From Octopus sinensis (Eukaryota), in assembly GCF_006345805.1 (NCBI RefSeq), contig NC_043005.1:20460001-20524000 (forward strand): a DNA stretch of 64,000 nt, in the 5' to 3' direction. Numbering within the stretch: the first letter of the stretch is position 1; each line of letters starts with the position of its first letter. Of the stretch, positions 28,344-42,148 are shown piece after piece. Under the pieces are notes generated by a model. The model did not search any database, was not told the DNA's origin, and saw only the letters and a list, made by a program, of their open reading frames with translations. Both the position numbers and the translations under genes were made by a program.

Positions 28344-31300
28344 TAGTGAATAGATAGGGATACAATTTCCAGGTGCGCACCATTCAAACATTTAATTATA
28401 ATCCATGTTAAGGCTAACCTCATCAGGTTATAATGAGCACCAAGAATTACTTGTGGTAAGCAATCCCACAGTTGGCAATAATGTTCATATCTTCAGCCTT
28501 GGTTTTGTACAGTCTATATTTGTTGTCTGTCAATGTTTACTGCCTATTACATTGCAAGTATTTGGTGGGGATCTCTTGTTCATGAATTGTTTGGCAATAG
28601 CCTTCAAAATGGGATGTCATAGACTTCTCAATACTCTATGTCAAACTCATTTTATAAGCAAATCCTTCTATAGCTTGTCTCTTTTGGGCCAAATACCCAT
28701 GTACTACTTGCTCAGTGAACTGGTTCATTTTTTAATTTCTTTTTTTTCTTTTTTTTTGATAAATATAATTTACCAGTGCTCATTGGAGAGAGATCTGTAT
28801 CAGCTCTTATTTCCTGCCTTTCCTCAAGCTCATTAGCTATTCTAGTTATGCTGTTGATCCTTGGTTAGAAACTTGGGCATCACAGTTACTCTGCTGCAGC
28901 TGTTGCTTCAGTGTCACAGTAAGGGTTTCGTATAACATCAATACAAATTTAAGATCATAGCCATCATCCTGTCTACCTCTCCACTGATGTTGGAGTCTCT
29001 AACAGCATGGAGCAGCTTGTGAGTTTGTACATCTATCTCACTGATTTCTTGTAATGACCAGTTCAGAAGGCCAAATGAAGACATGAAATCAGGCACTGCA
29101 AAGGTGTTGTGGATGATATGTTGAGAGTTCAGATGGCCTTATTTTTTTTTCTCTAACTTGAGGTACTCATTCCTTGTCCTTTCCTTATTGATGGATCTGT
29201 CTTGGCTGATATACTCTTCCTGTCCACATATCTGTAACTTTTCCCAGAGACCATGTTGTTTATATTCTAGGCTATTTAGTGTTTTGGATCAGGGCGCAAG
29301 CTTGCTATATGCTTTACCACCAAAAATGCACAGTAGGACACACAAAATTTCATTTCAAAATCTTTGGAAAATTGGGTTATGTCATCTAGTTGCTTTTTGG
29401 TGTGAATAGTACTTGGCCTATACAGGTGTGTGTGTGTGTGTGTGTGTGTGTGTATTTGTCTATGCATGCATATCTAGGTAGAAATTTCTTCAATCTGTTC
29501 TACACAGTATCTTTTATTGTAACATTATCATAATTTCCTTGTTCTCACATTTCTCCTCCTGACATACACACACACCATTCATGTCAATTTCTCTTGTTAA
29601 TCCCAGGTTATGCACTAATTGACTGTGGACATCCAAAAGAAGTTTTTGGTGCAGAGATGTTTTACAAAAGTGCCTCCTATAAATCTGAAGTGACCTACAC
29701 TTGCCCAGAGGGAGAAACAATAAAGGCAGTATGTGGAAAGGATAACAAATGGACAAGGGTACCACCTGTTTGTAAAGGTAAAGTAAATAAACTTTCTCTT
29801 GTTGCTTCTAAGTAATATTGTTTTATTTTTTATGAAATGTCTAAGTCAGAGGAAGCATGGTTGACTCCATGACAATTTCTACATAGTATTTTTGACTAGT
29901 GGGGGGAGAAGCAGATCTCTCCAAATGTTTGCAATAGAGTGAACTCCAGTAATTCTATCCCGAGGCCAGGTAATGGTATTCTATTGGGTGATGTATTACA
30001 TCTAACAACAAAGAACTAGAAGAATGGAAGCTTGTTCCGTCTGACAGGCTTCCATATAGTTTCTATCTTCCAGATTTCGTCCTTAGTTATAAAGCTAAGA
30101 TTTCATTCAATGCCACATTGTTGTGTAGTGAACTTATTAGACCCAATCTATGCTTGACCCATATCTAGGTAGTTTTCCTCTTTATTTCAGACTTGCTCTG
30201 TTTCACTCATACTTTTTGCCATCATCCAAATCCTTGTATAACATAATGGGCTGAGTCCTTCATTACTAGATTTTGGCTAACATCTGAAACAGCCTTTCGA
30301 TGCTGTAATGGTCTTCTAATCCCAAATATCAATAACAATAATGGTTTCTGATGTAGCCTCACATTTAAATTTTGATGTGACGGGTTAGTAAATACTATTG
30401 ATCCCAATACTTGACTAGTACTTTATGTTTTTGACCCCTGCAAGTGTGAAAGATAAAGTTTTTCTTGGTTGGATTTTAACTGAAAAATATAAAGAGCTTC
30501 AATACATAGCATGAAGAATTTCTTCCAATTCTTTAATGATTCTTTCACTTGACAACACTTCTGAGATAATAATAATAATGACTTCATTTATTTGTTTCTA
30601 GGACATCACACTGGATTGATAATACAAAGACAGACCCACATAACTTCTTCAATACAAATTAATTCATAATACATGTATTTGAAAATCTGTAAATAGCCAA
30701 AGTACTTACACAGTGCGAATGCTTCTTCCCCATCCATTCACCTATATATACATACTTACACACATATACCCACACACACACACATGCACACTCACACACA
30801 CACACACACACATAGATACATACACATATGCCTAATCACTGCTTTGCTTTGGTACTGTTGAATTTCTCCTGACTGAGGGAGGTCCAACAGTGCAACTTAG
30901 TCAATGTTGTTGACCGTGTTTTAGTTAAAGCTACAACCTTAAATCTGCTCAGGTTTACCTCTCTTCAGTATTTTCCATCGAGGAAGGGTAAAGAGCCAGA
31001 AATGCAGCATCAGAAAATCCAATAGTGGGCAACACTCGGCAGATATGGTGTTTTTACACCTTTTACCATTGAAGAGAATTTTTTCTCCGTGGTAACTGCA
31101 GTGAATTTGCCTTGAGAAGTTGAAATATGTCACAAACATATTTTAACTGACCTAAAGTTTACATATGCCTAATCACTGCTTGGTGCTCTTGCTATTGAAT
31201 GTGTGTGTCTGTGTGTGTGTATTGGATTGGAGCAAAAGTGTGTACTGTTTTTTAAGTAAAATGAAAAACCATCTTTTAGTTACTTGTATATACCTTTATT

Positions 31301-34300
31301 AAATTACACAAGTCCTTTTTGTTCCACTATCTTTTGCCAACCTTGAGACAGCTTCATGCTCCCATCCTCTCAGAACTTGGCATGTTTCTGGATCTAAGTA
31401 GTTTAAGAACTGGTCTACATGGTTTTTATAGTCATTCACAGAACTGAAGTTCTTCCCATTAAGAGAATTTTCTAGAGATCAAGATAAACAATAATCCAAG
31501 GGTACATGGTCAAGTGAGTATGGTAGGTATGGTAGGACATTCAAATCAAGTAGTACCAATTTCTATCAGGTGAGCAAAGAAACATGAGCATTGTTTTGAA
31601 GGAAGATGTTACTTTTCCAGCTGGTCAGTTCTGGATGTTTTTCATTGATTTCTTCCTTGAATTAGTCTTATTGGGAACAATAGTTGTCTGAATTCAACAG
31701 CTGATTTCGCAAAAGGAGTTTGTACTACTCTACTCAATTCTCTTTCAATCTCACCAGATACAAAGCATCACCTATTTTAGATACTGACTGGCCTTTAGAG
31801 TGATTAATGGTGGTTTATTTCGCTTTCTCATTCTTTAAAAAAAAAATGAGTCATTTTTTTTTACTGTGCTTGGGCAAGGAATTGCAAATGGAAATGTGGT
31901 CCATTAAATTTTCTTCTGTTAAATTATGAGGCACCCAAACAAAGCAGTTCCCATTTTCAAGTGTTTCTAAATACCTTATAATGTTTATATGAAATATGTA
32001 AAGTATCCCTGCAAAATCTTGTTTTGTGTAACCTGAATTATGGTTGAATAGCCTTTTGATTTGGTCGTCATGAATGACTAAAGGCCTTCTGGAATGTTCA
32101 GAGTCTTTCAAATCAAAATATTATTCATAGGCCTAACAAACCATTCCTGAACAGTTCTCTCAGTGATGACACCACCCTCATAAGCAGCACATATCTTTTT
32201 TGTTGTTTATGTAATGTCCTTTTTCTCTTTCTGGAAATGAAAGAGCATCAAATGATGAACATGTATCTCATTTTCTTCCATGTTTACTTTTTAATGTAGA
32301 AACTGTAGAAATAAGCTATCCACACAGTAATTGTATAGAAAGATGTATTGAAATTACACCTTTAAGAAAAAATATTTTTGTCATATGCTTTACCCACATG
32401 AGAAATGAAATCATGTGTTTAAATGCCACTGAAAATCAGAAAATTGTATGAACTTTCATTCAATCTCCAAAGCTTTAAGGTTGCCTTTCATGACATCCTT
32501 AAACCACTTCCTTGGTTTATGCTGAGGCTTTTTCTTGTTGGCCAGCTCCCATTAGCTTGCCTTCTATCTTCTATCCTGACAACTTTAGAAGCTTTATCTA
32601 AAGATGAACAAGACCAGTAACAGAGTTAAGCTCATGGACCACCGAGTCGGAATAAAAATATTGACATCAGTACCAAGCAGTGATGAAAAATATATGAACT
32701 GTAAATTAGTTGATACAGCTATTTTTATTCCAACCAGGTGATCCATGAGTGCTACTAAGTTACTGGTGTTGATTGTTTTTAGATTAAAGCTATGGATTTG
32801 AATCTGCCCAGGGTTATCTCTCTTTGGTATTTTTGTATTGAGGAAGGTTAAAATGCCAGGAATAGGCAGCTGGGATTCTGCTAGAGGGAGACACTGGGTA
32901 GGTATGGTGTTTTTACACCTTTTGCCATAAGAAAGAATTTTTTCTATTCAGTAACTGAAGTCAATCTGCCTTTAGAAGTTAAAATATGTCATAAGCATTT
33001 ACATTTTTTACAAACAACTTGCAGATGCAAGTACTATTGGATTTTAGCAAGCTCATGTGGTTATGAGGAGTGAATGTGCACTGTTTTAGGGCCTTGGCAT
33101 CATTGCACACCAGCCCTCCTTCCCCCTCACTGAAATGAGGCCCTGCTTGCTAGATTAACTGGTTATATATTTGAACTAACTTAAAATTCATTTCTTCTTC
33201 ATTACAGCTTGATACTGATACTTTTAAAATCTAAGTACTGGTGTTGTCTGTCTCTTTTCAATATATATTTCTTTACTACCCACAAGGGGCTAAACACAGA
33301 GGGAACAAACAAGGACAGATAAACGGATTAAGTCGATTATATCGACTCCAGTGCGTAACTGGTACTTAATTTATCGACCCCGAAAGGATGAAAGGCAAAG
33401 TCGACCTTGGCGAAATTTGAACCCAGAATGTAACGCCAGACGAAATACGGCTATGCATTTCTCCCGGCATGCTAACGTTTCTGTCAGCTCGCCGCCTTTT
33501 CAATATAGATTAGTTGTAACAATTTCTTTCCTTTAATTACTAGAATGTTCAAAATAGGAAGTTCTCTTTCACTCATGTTCATAGAGAATTGGACCAATGA
33601 TTGCTATTTATCAATTTAAGGAATCTTATAAGTTCTGTTGCGAAAGATAGAGTAAGCACTCAAGAATCTTTTCTAGTTTTCTTTTAAATGGAATTAGAAA
33701 TAATGATCCAAAGCAATCATAGAACAGGCATTAATTTTTTCTTTTTACCTTCAAGGAATCGCATTACCAGTGTATGTATGAATTTATACCTGTATGGTTA
33801 GTGAGAGCTGTGCGGGCCATGTATAGGGACGCCGCTAGTAGGGTGAGGGTTGGAAATGAGTACAGTGAAGAATTCCGGGTAGAGGTAGGGGTCCACCAAG
33901 GCTCAGTACTCAGCCCCCTCCTATTTATCATAGTCCTCCAGGCAATAACGGAGGAATTCAAGACAGGATGCCCTTGGGAGCTCCTCTATGCTGATGACCT
34001 TGCTCTAATTGCTGAGTCGCTATCAGAACTGGAGGAGAAGTTTCAGGTGTGGAAACAAGGATTAGAATCGAAGGGCCTCAGAGTCAATCTAGCTAAAACC
34101 AAAGTCGTAATCAGTAGGAAGGTAGACAAATCACAAACACCTTCAGGTAGATGGCCCTGCTCGATCTGTAGAAAAGGTGTAGATAGAAACTCTATAAGAT
34201 GCACCAAGTGTAAGCTATGGACACATAAGAGATGCAGCAATGTCAAAGGAAGGCTAACTAGGAAGATGGTTTTTGTATGTGGCAGATGCTCAGGAACAAT

Positions 34301-37300
34301 AAACACTGAAAATGCTCTGAGACCAACTTCCGTCACTTTCCAGGGAGAAAAACTAGAAATAGTTGATAGTTTCCGTTACCTAGGTGACCAAGTCAGCAGC
34401 GGGGGCGGGTGTGCTGAAAGTGTAACTGCTAGAGTAAGAATAGCTTGGGCAAAGTTCAGAGAGCTCTTACCTCTGCTGGTGACAAAAGGCCTCTCGCACA
34501 GAGTGAAAGGCAGACTGTATGATGCGTGTGTACGAACAGCCATGCTACATGGCAGTGAAACATGGGCCTTGACTGCTGAGGATATGCGTAAGCTCGCTAG
34601 AAATGAAGCCAGTATGCTCCGATGGATGTGTAATGCCGGTACTCACACTCGGCAGAGTGTAAGTACCTTGAGAGAAAAGCTGGACCTAAGAAGCATCAGT
34701 TGTGGTGTGCAAGAGAGACGTTTGCGCTGGTATGGTCATGTGGCGAGAATGGATGAAGATAGTTGTGTGAAAAAGTGCCACACCCTAGCGGTTGAGGGAA
34801 CCTGTGGAAGAGGCAGACCAGGAAAACCTGGGACGAGGTGGTGAAGCACGACCTTCGAACTTTAGGTCTCACTGAGGAAATGACTAGAGACCGAGACCTC
34901 TGGAAGTGTGCTGTGCGTGAGAAGACCCGGCAGGACAAGTGAGTCCACAACCCGTGGCCTTCTACATGGGATGGAGCCAGCCTACGTATGCATACCTTCC
35001 CTTCTTGGGACACAAAACTCTACTTGTGAAGACGTGTTGAGGCAAGTGAGGATCAGAATCGAAATCGATCAATGGAAATTGCGGATGTGCTACCAGTGCC
35101 GGTGGCATGTCGAAACTCTGCTTGTGAAGACCCATTGAGGCAAGTGAGGATCAGAATCGAAATCGATCAATGGAAATCGATCAATGGAAATTGCAGATGT
35201 GTTACCAGTGCCGGTGGCATGTAAGAGAACTTTCCGTTTCGCGACCGTTGCCAGCACCGCCCCGTTTCGTGTCCGTTGCCAGCCTCGCCTGGCCCTCGTG
35301 CCGGTGGCACATAAAAAGCACCATCCGTTCGTGGCCGTTTGCCAGCTCTGTCTGGCACCAGTGCGGGTGGCACGTAAAAAGCACCCACTACACTCACGGA
35401 GTGGTTGGCGTTTAGGAAGGGCATCCAGCCGTAGAAACACTGCCAGATTTGACTGGGCCTGATGAAGCCTTCTGGCTTCACAGACCCCAGTAGAACCGTC
35501 CAACCCATGCTAGCATGGAAAACGGACGCTAAATGATGATGATGATGATGATGATGATGATGCATGTTGCTTCAATCTGTTTCACTAAATATCTTTTATT
35601 GTAGTATTATTATCAATTCTTTTTTCTTAACCACCTCCAAACATACATGTACAACTGATATCAATTTCTGTTACCAATTTCAGCTTATGAAAAAGTTAAC
35701 TGTGGACCCCCAATGTATGTTGTTGGGGCACTTCAGTCTTCCAAAACCAGCACCTATAAATCAAAAGTTTACTATACTTGCCTAAACGAAGACAAGTTGA
35801 TCTCAGTATGTGAAAAGGACAGCAAATGGGTACCGGTGGCTGGTTGTAAAGGTAAAGTAAATAAACTTTCTCTTGTTGCTTCTAAGTAATATAGTTTTAT
35901 TTTTTTATGAAATGTCTAAGTCAGAGGAAGCATGGTTGACTCCATGACAATTTCTACATAGTATTTTTGACTAGTGGGGGGAGAAGCAGTTATTCTCAGA
36001 CCTGAGACCTCTCCAAATGTTTGCAATAGAGTGAACTCCAGTAATTCTATCCTGAGGCCAGGTAATGGTATTCTATTGGGTGATGTATTACATCTAACAA
36101 CAAAGAACTAGAAGAATGGAAGCTTATTCCTTCTGACAGGCTTCCATATAGTTTCTATCTTCCAGATTTCGTCCTTAGTTATAAAGCTAAGATTTCATTC
36201 AATGCCACATTGTTGTGTAGTGAACTTATTAGACCTAATCTATGCTTGACCCATATCTAGGTAGTTTTCCTCTTTATTTCAGACTTACTCTGTTTCACTC
36301 ATACTTTATGTCATCATCCAAATCTCTGTATAACGTAATGGGCTGAATCCTTCATTACTAGATTTTGGCTAACATCTGAAACAGCCTTTCAATGCATGCA
36401 CTGAAGTCCCCATTCACTCTTGCCCTTTTTGACATGTACACCCAGCTGTCAATAATTTCACTTTGGGACAGTACTGCCCTCTCCATCTTCACCGTCTTCA
36501 CAAGTGAAGTCTAAAGATGCTGAACCAAAGAGGAAAGTATCTATCACCATATCTTTCAACCTGATCCATGACACAAATTCTTTTGAAAACAGAAGAAAGC
36601 TGCATTCTCTTTCCTATTAAAGCAGGGTGTAGGACAATCATCATGATGAACTTGGTTGACAACAATATCCCTCCCTACACAGCAGCGTCTCTTTGACATA
36701 ACTCTACAGGGTGTCTCAAAATTAAGGCAACCAAGGCTTTAATAATTATCAATAAATATGATAAGATATGAAAGTTATACATCATTATAAAAGCTTAGTG
36801 TGTCTTCTTTTGTTTCAGACTAAATAAATTCAGATTTATAAATTAGATAATGGCTATAGACCGAAATACAATCATAATCCTTCACAAAAGAGGTGAAAGT
36901 AATAGAGCTATAGCAAAACAGCTTAAAATTAACTGAACAACAGTCTGAAAAATTGTCAAGAAATTTCAAGAGACTGTCCAAGCACTGTTCATCCTAGATG
37001 TGGCTGAAAAGGAAGTGTGCAGATCCCTCTGCTTATTAAAATACCAGAGAAAAAATACAGCAAAATCCTTGTCTTCCAACACGAAACTGGCTGCCACAGC
37101 AAAAATAAGCCAAACATCGATGTATCAAGTGCTGAAGGAGGATATCAGAACCCACCCCTACAAGATGATCTGCCGTCATGAGCTCATGCAAATTTATAAG
37201 GCCATGAAACTAGAAAGAATCGTCTTATCCTGCATTAGATTGCTGAAGGCATGCTACCCAATCTAGTGTTCACTGACAAAAAGAAATTTGACATCAATCA

Positions 37301-40300
37301 GACAGCAAATTATATGAATTACTGACTTTGGAGTGTATCTGACTCTGTCAAAGGTAGACTTGTAAATTGATGTCAAAATCCACCGTCAGTTATAATTTTG
37401 GCAGCTGTCACAGTCACTGGAAGGTCTTCCCTTGTTTTTGTGCCCTTGGGTGTTAAAATTAACACCCAGTGATAGATTAGTGACATTCTGGAAGCTGACC
37501 TGCTTCCATGGGTGAATGAGCACTTTCAAGGTGCACCCGGGAGCCTGCAGCAGGATTCAGCATCATCCCACTGCTACGAACACAGACACAGCACTGGATT
37601 CAGAAAAACATTTTGTCGCTCATAGGCAAGAATGTATGGCTCTCAAGAAGCCCCAATTTCAACCTGTTGGATTTTCCTGTTTGGTTCATTTTGGAGACGA
37701 GGGTTTTGAGCACTCCTTATGCTTCTCTCAATGCTCTTAAGGCAAAACTGTGCCAGAAATGGGCTTCAATTTCACAAGAACAGTTGCGTACCACATGTGA
37801 AGCATTTGCACCTAGACTTAAGGCTATGATTCAAAATAGAGAAGGTCATATCAAATAAATGTGGTAGTGTCATAATTGTATTTCCTTTACTATTGCATTG
37901 CAATGCTTGGACCCAAAATATAACAATATTTTGATTTGATAAAATTGAAAAAAGTTGGTTGCCTTAATTTTGGGACACCCTGTATTTGTCAGCAATGCAC
38001 AAACAATGAATGAGTGCATTAAAAAGGATTTTGGTGTCCTCTGTGTATTTCAAACAGACCTGACTAATGGTATTCCAATGATTGAAGAGTTTATCTTGGA
38101 CTGGTGGAGTGCTTTAGTAGCAATGATAAGCCAATGACTTCAGAAAGTTGTCCATAATATTGTCAAAAGATCCTTTGAAACAAACTTGCTTGTTTATTTC
38201 CATGAATTCCCAAAGGGCTTTTTTGAGAATGTCAGTGCTTTTTCCCTTCACTAACCCTCAACAGGTTCTTTGATTGGGACATTCACCAGTTCCATTACCC
38301 ATTTCAGGTTTGATCTAGCATATGTTATATGTAATCCTTAGGCTTACTTTAGATAAAATGGTCTTCCCTTTTTTAAGAATGTGGTAAGGCAATTGAAGAT
38401 GATTTTGTTAATATTTCTGATATGTTGAGTGAATTCATAGGGGCTTCCACAGTGGCTGATCCACTGTGAATTTTGAACTTCATATTGCAAGCAGATCTGA
38501 CGTAGCTTATCTTCTGGTATAATTTGTTGCCTTGTTCAACATCACCACCTGGCCTTTAGATGGTCATGGCAATGGTGCTGGATAGTTTTTAGTCAATATC
38601 ACTATATTTATTACAATAACAAACACTCAAATTGACCCACAGTTGCTCATCTTGGGCATGAATGACATGAATCTCACAAGTATAGGAGGGAGGGTGGCCT
38701 GAAAATTTCATGGCATTGATGTTTCTCCCAGTACTAGCTTATTAATAAAATCAAAAATCCTACCTCATTGTAATTACTAATGTATTCATTGTTTAGGCAC
38801 ATGGCCAAATACTATGAGAGAGAGGGAAATGAGACTATGTAATAACCATGTCATTCTAAAGAACATTATTGTCTATGTAAAGTAAACTGACTTAGATGAG
38901 AGTCAAACCTAGATTTTTGACGCCACATTTATACTAAAGAAAAACTAGGGAAAAAATACTGAGAGTCACATACTGCATGGAAAGCAAATAGTAAACTGGT
39001 TACTTATTGAATGAAGATAATAAGATTAATTAATATTTTTCCCTCAGTGTATGTTAAAATCATTATGTTGGTGAGTTATTCGGATTAATAATTTCAGAGG
39101 AGATAACAGCATAAAGATAATCACTTTTCTTTTTCATCTCACTAAAAGTATAATTTTGATGAGCAATATTCCTTAGCTTACTATCTCAAGTTTTGACTGA
39201 TCACCTTTATTACATATTACATTAATTCCCTAGATAATGGTGTAAGTTAAGTTATTTTAATTTTTCCCTGCCAAAATCAGTAAAGGGATGGGTTATAGTC
39301 CTTGCTGTGACTAGACATATTTTATTACATCTGTTTACATTCTGGGTCCAAATCATTCCTCAATGCACTTCACCACTCATATTTCTTTGGTTGATAAAAT
39401 AAGCATTACTCAAGTAGTAAGAATGATATATTTTCATGTTTCCTCACTGCAGAATCTGTGGCCTTGTGTTTAAGTTAGGAACAATTATCATTAAAATTGT
39501 TAGCTTCAACAATAATTATAATTATTCTTGTTAAGAAGAGTGATAGACTGACAGAATCATTCATGGATCAGGAAATAAAATGTGTTGTGGTATTTGTACT
39601 GGCTCATTGACTTCTGCTTATGATGATTTTCTCTTTCCAGGGATCCAGTTTAATTAATTGACATGTACCTCAAACTTTGCCCTACTGTCTATGTTAGACA
39701 TTATCATTGTTGTTGTTGTTGTTGTTGTTGTTGTCGTCGTCGTCGTCGTTGCTGCTGCTGCTGCTGCTGTTGTTGTTGTTGTTGTTAATCTTCATTAGTC
39801 TAAATCTTATTTTAAATGTAGGTGCTCTGGTCAATTTCGTGAGAGTAAAAAATGGAGCTCTGAATGTGAAAAATAAAAAATTGTGGCATAATAAAAATGG
39901 AACAGCAGAAGACTGTGCAAAGAAATGTTGGTCTGACAAAAGTTGTTTGTCATTTGAAGTGATTAGAAAATCTACAAAATGTTACCTATTAAAAGAAAGT
40001 GCACTTTCCACGAGGAGAATGACAACAGACATAAACAGAGATTACTATCAACGAGTAGAACGTAATTATTCTTTATGTTATATAATTGGACTCGCCTTCT
40101 TTTTCTGAAATTTGTGATTATATTTATGTATCTTAGTAGACAGACAAACACTCTTGTAAAAACATTGACAGGTTTACCTATAAGGACAGATATAGACATG
40201 TTCCAGAAAAAGAGGAAGCGATGCTTAGGGAATTCTCAAACAGCATTTGTTGATTTTGAACAATTTATGTATATTTTCAATTGCACTTTTTCTATGTAAG

Positions 40301-42113
40301 AATGGCAACACTTGTTTTTGTTAAACCTGACTAGAAACAGTAGTAGTAATAACAACATTTGTCTTTTCTGGCATGACTTAGGGCTATTAGAGCACAGTGT
40401 CTCACCCACTAGATACAGTTCTTCCTAATTTGATACACAAAATAACTAAAAAAAAAAAAATATCGTTATATGGAGTCATGTATCACTGATATTTTGGCAT
40501 GGTTATTAGGGATGGATGCCCTTCCAGCCAATATACCACTTAAAGAGAGTACATTTTTCAATGCTACTGGAGTGAGAGAAATTTTCTATTGGGGTTAAAG
40601 AATCTTCTCAACATAAAATAAGTTCTCATTCAGAATAGTTCCATGGTATTTAAGAATAGAACAGTCAACAACTGTATTTAATTTGATCTCAAGAACTTTG
40701 TCTTTTATTATCAAAATCCTTCTTTCTTGAAATCTTGAACTTCAGAGGAAATTCACTAGGTTTAATGAACTCAATATCAAAAAAATCCTGAAAGCTAGGA
40801 TGTCATTGCTATTGTGATGAATTTTTGGGGGCCACTTTTGAAGACCTCACTGTAATATTTAACCTGAGCACTTTCAATAACTTCATGCACATTCACAGCT
40901 CAGATTTATACAGAGACAAAAGCTTAGCAATTTGAAAGAAATGAAGCTAGCTTGGTCCACTGGATGTGTAATGTCATAGTGTAAGCGCCCTGAGAGAAAT
41001 GTTGGAAGCATCAGATGTGGCTTACAAGAGAGATGACTGTGCTGGTATGGTCATGTACTACAGATAAATGAGGAGAGCTATGTGAAGAAGTGCCACTCCC
41101 AAACAGTAGAAGGAACCTGTGGTAGAGGGAGACCCAGGTAAACATGGGATGAGGTGGTAAAGCATGACCTTCAAAGGTTGGGCCCCACAGAGGCAATGAC
41201 AAAAGACTGGGACCTCTGGAGATATGCTGTGTCTGAGAAGACCTGGTAGGTAAAGTGAGATCACAGTTGTAGCCTACACCAGTGTTACATAACCAGCCTA
41301 TTTAAAAAGTGCCTTTGGATTGTCGGTCGACATGCCGTGCTTGAGGAGACCTATTGAATCAAGTACATCAAAATTAAAATCAAAATCAAAATCAAATCAA
41401 ACTACAATCAAATGGAAATTGTAGTTGTAGCTGATACTAGTGCCGCCTGACTGGCTTCCCATGCCAGTGGCACATAAAATTACCATTCGAACAGGGTCAA
41501 TGCCAGCCTCCTTGCTCTGAAATTACTAAAAGCATCTACAATTTATCCTCAAATAGAGATATTTTTGGCAGTATACTTACAATATTTTTGCTAGGATTGG
41601 CTCTACTATAAAAAAAAGAATATCCTCCATCTCTAAAACTGAAGAAAATTAGAAAAATAAGAAAAGTTTGGTCCAACCCTCTCTTCAATTTAAATGTCTA
41701 CAACCAGAAAAGTTTTATCCTGTGTTAGACTCCATTTCTTGGTCACATGGAAGTATCACAAGCTTATTAATATGCCTAGTGTCAAGGTTTGCTACTCCTG
41801 TCTGCTACAATAGGATTACTTTATTCAGTCTTTTTATCAGACATCCATCTTCAATTACCAAAATCAACCCATCTCTCCACTGAGAAACTTTCTAAGATAG
41901 AGGTTTATAGGGCAACTCTCACTCCTCTTGATGATTTCCCAATGAATTACATGGGACTCACAGTCAATGACTTCATTGAAAGTTTCACTCAGCATATACA
42001 CTCATTTTTATGTGAAAACTTCAGGAACAGGGAAATGATCTGCCCAGCATAATCTTGAGCTTATGCAACACACCACACACACAAACACACACACACACTC
42101 TCTCTCACGCACA

Positions 42114-42148
<35 letters not shown>

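Noticed and set aside
33774-34844. Host gene for the longest ORF (356 aa)
   Set aside because: It is an RTE LINE reverse transcriptase, 5'-truncated, with many degraded copies in the window.
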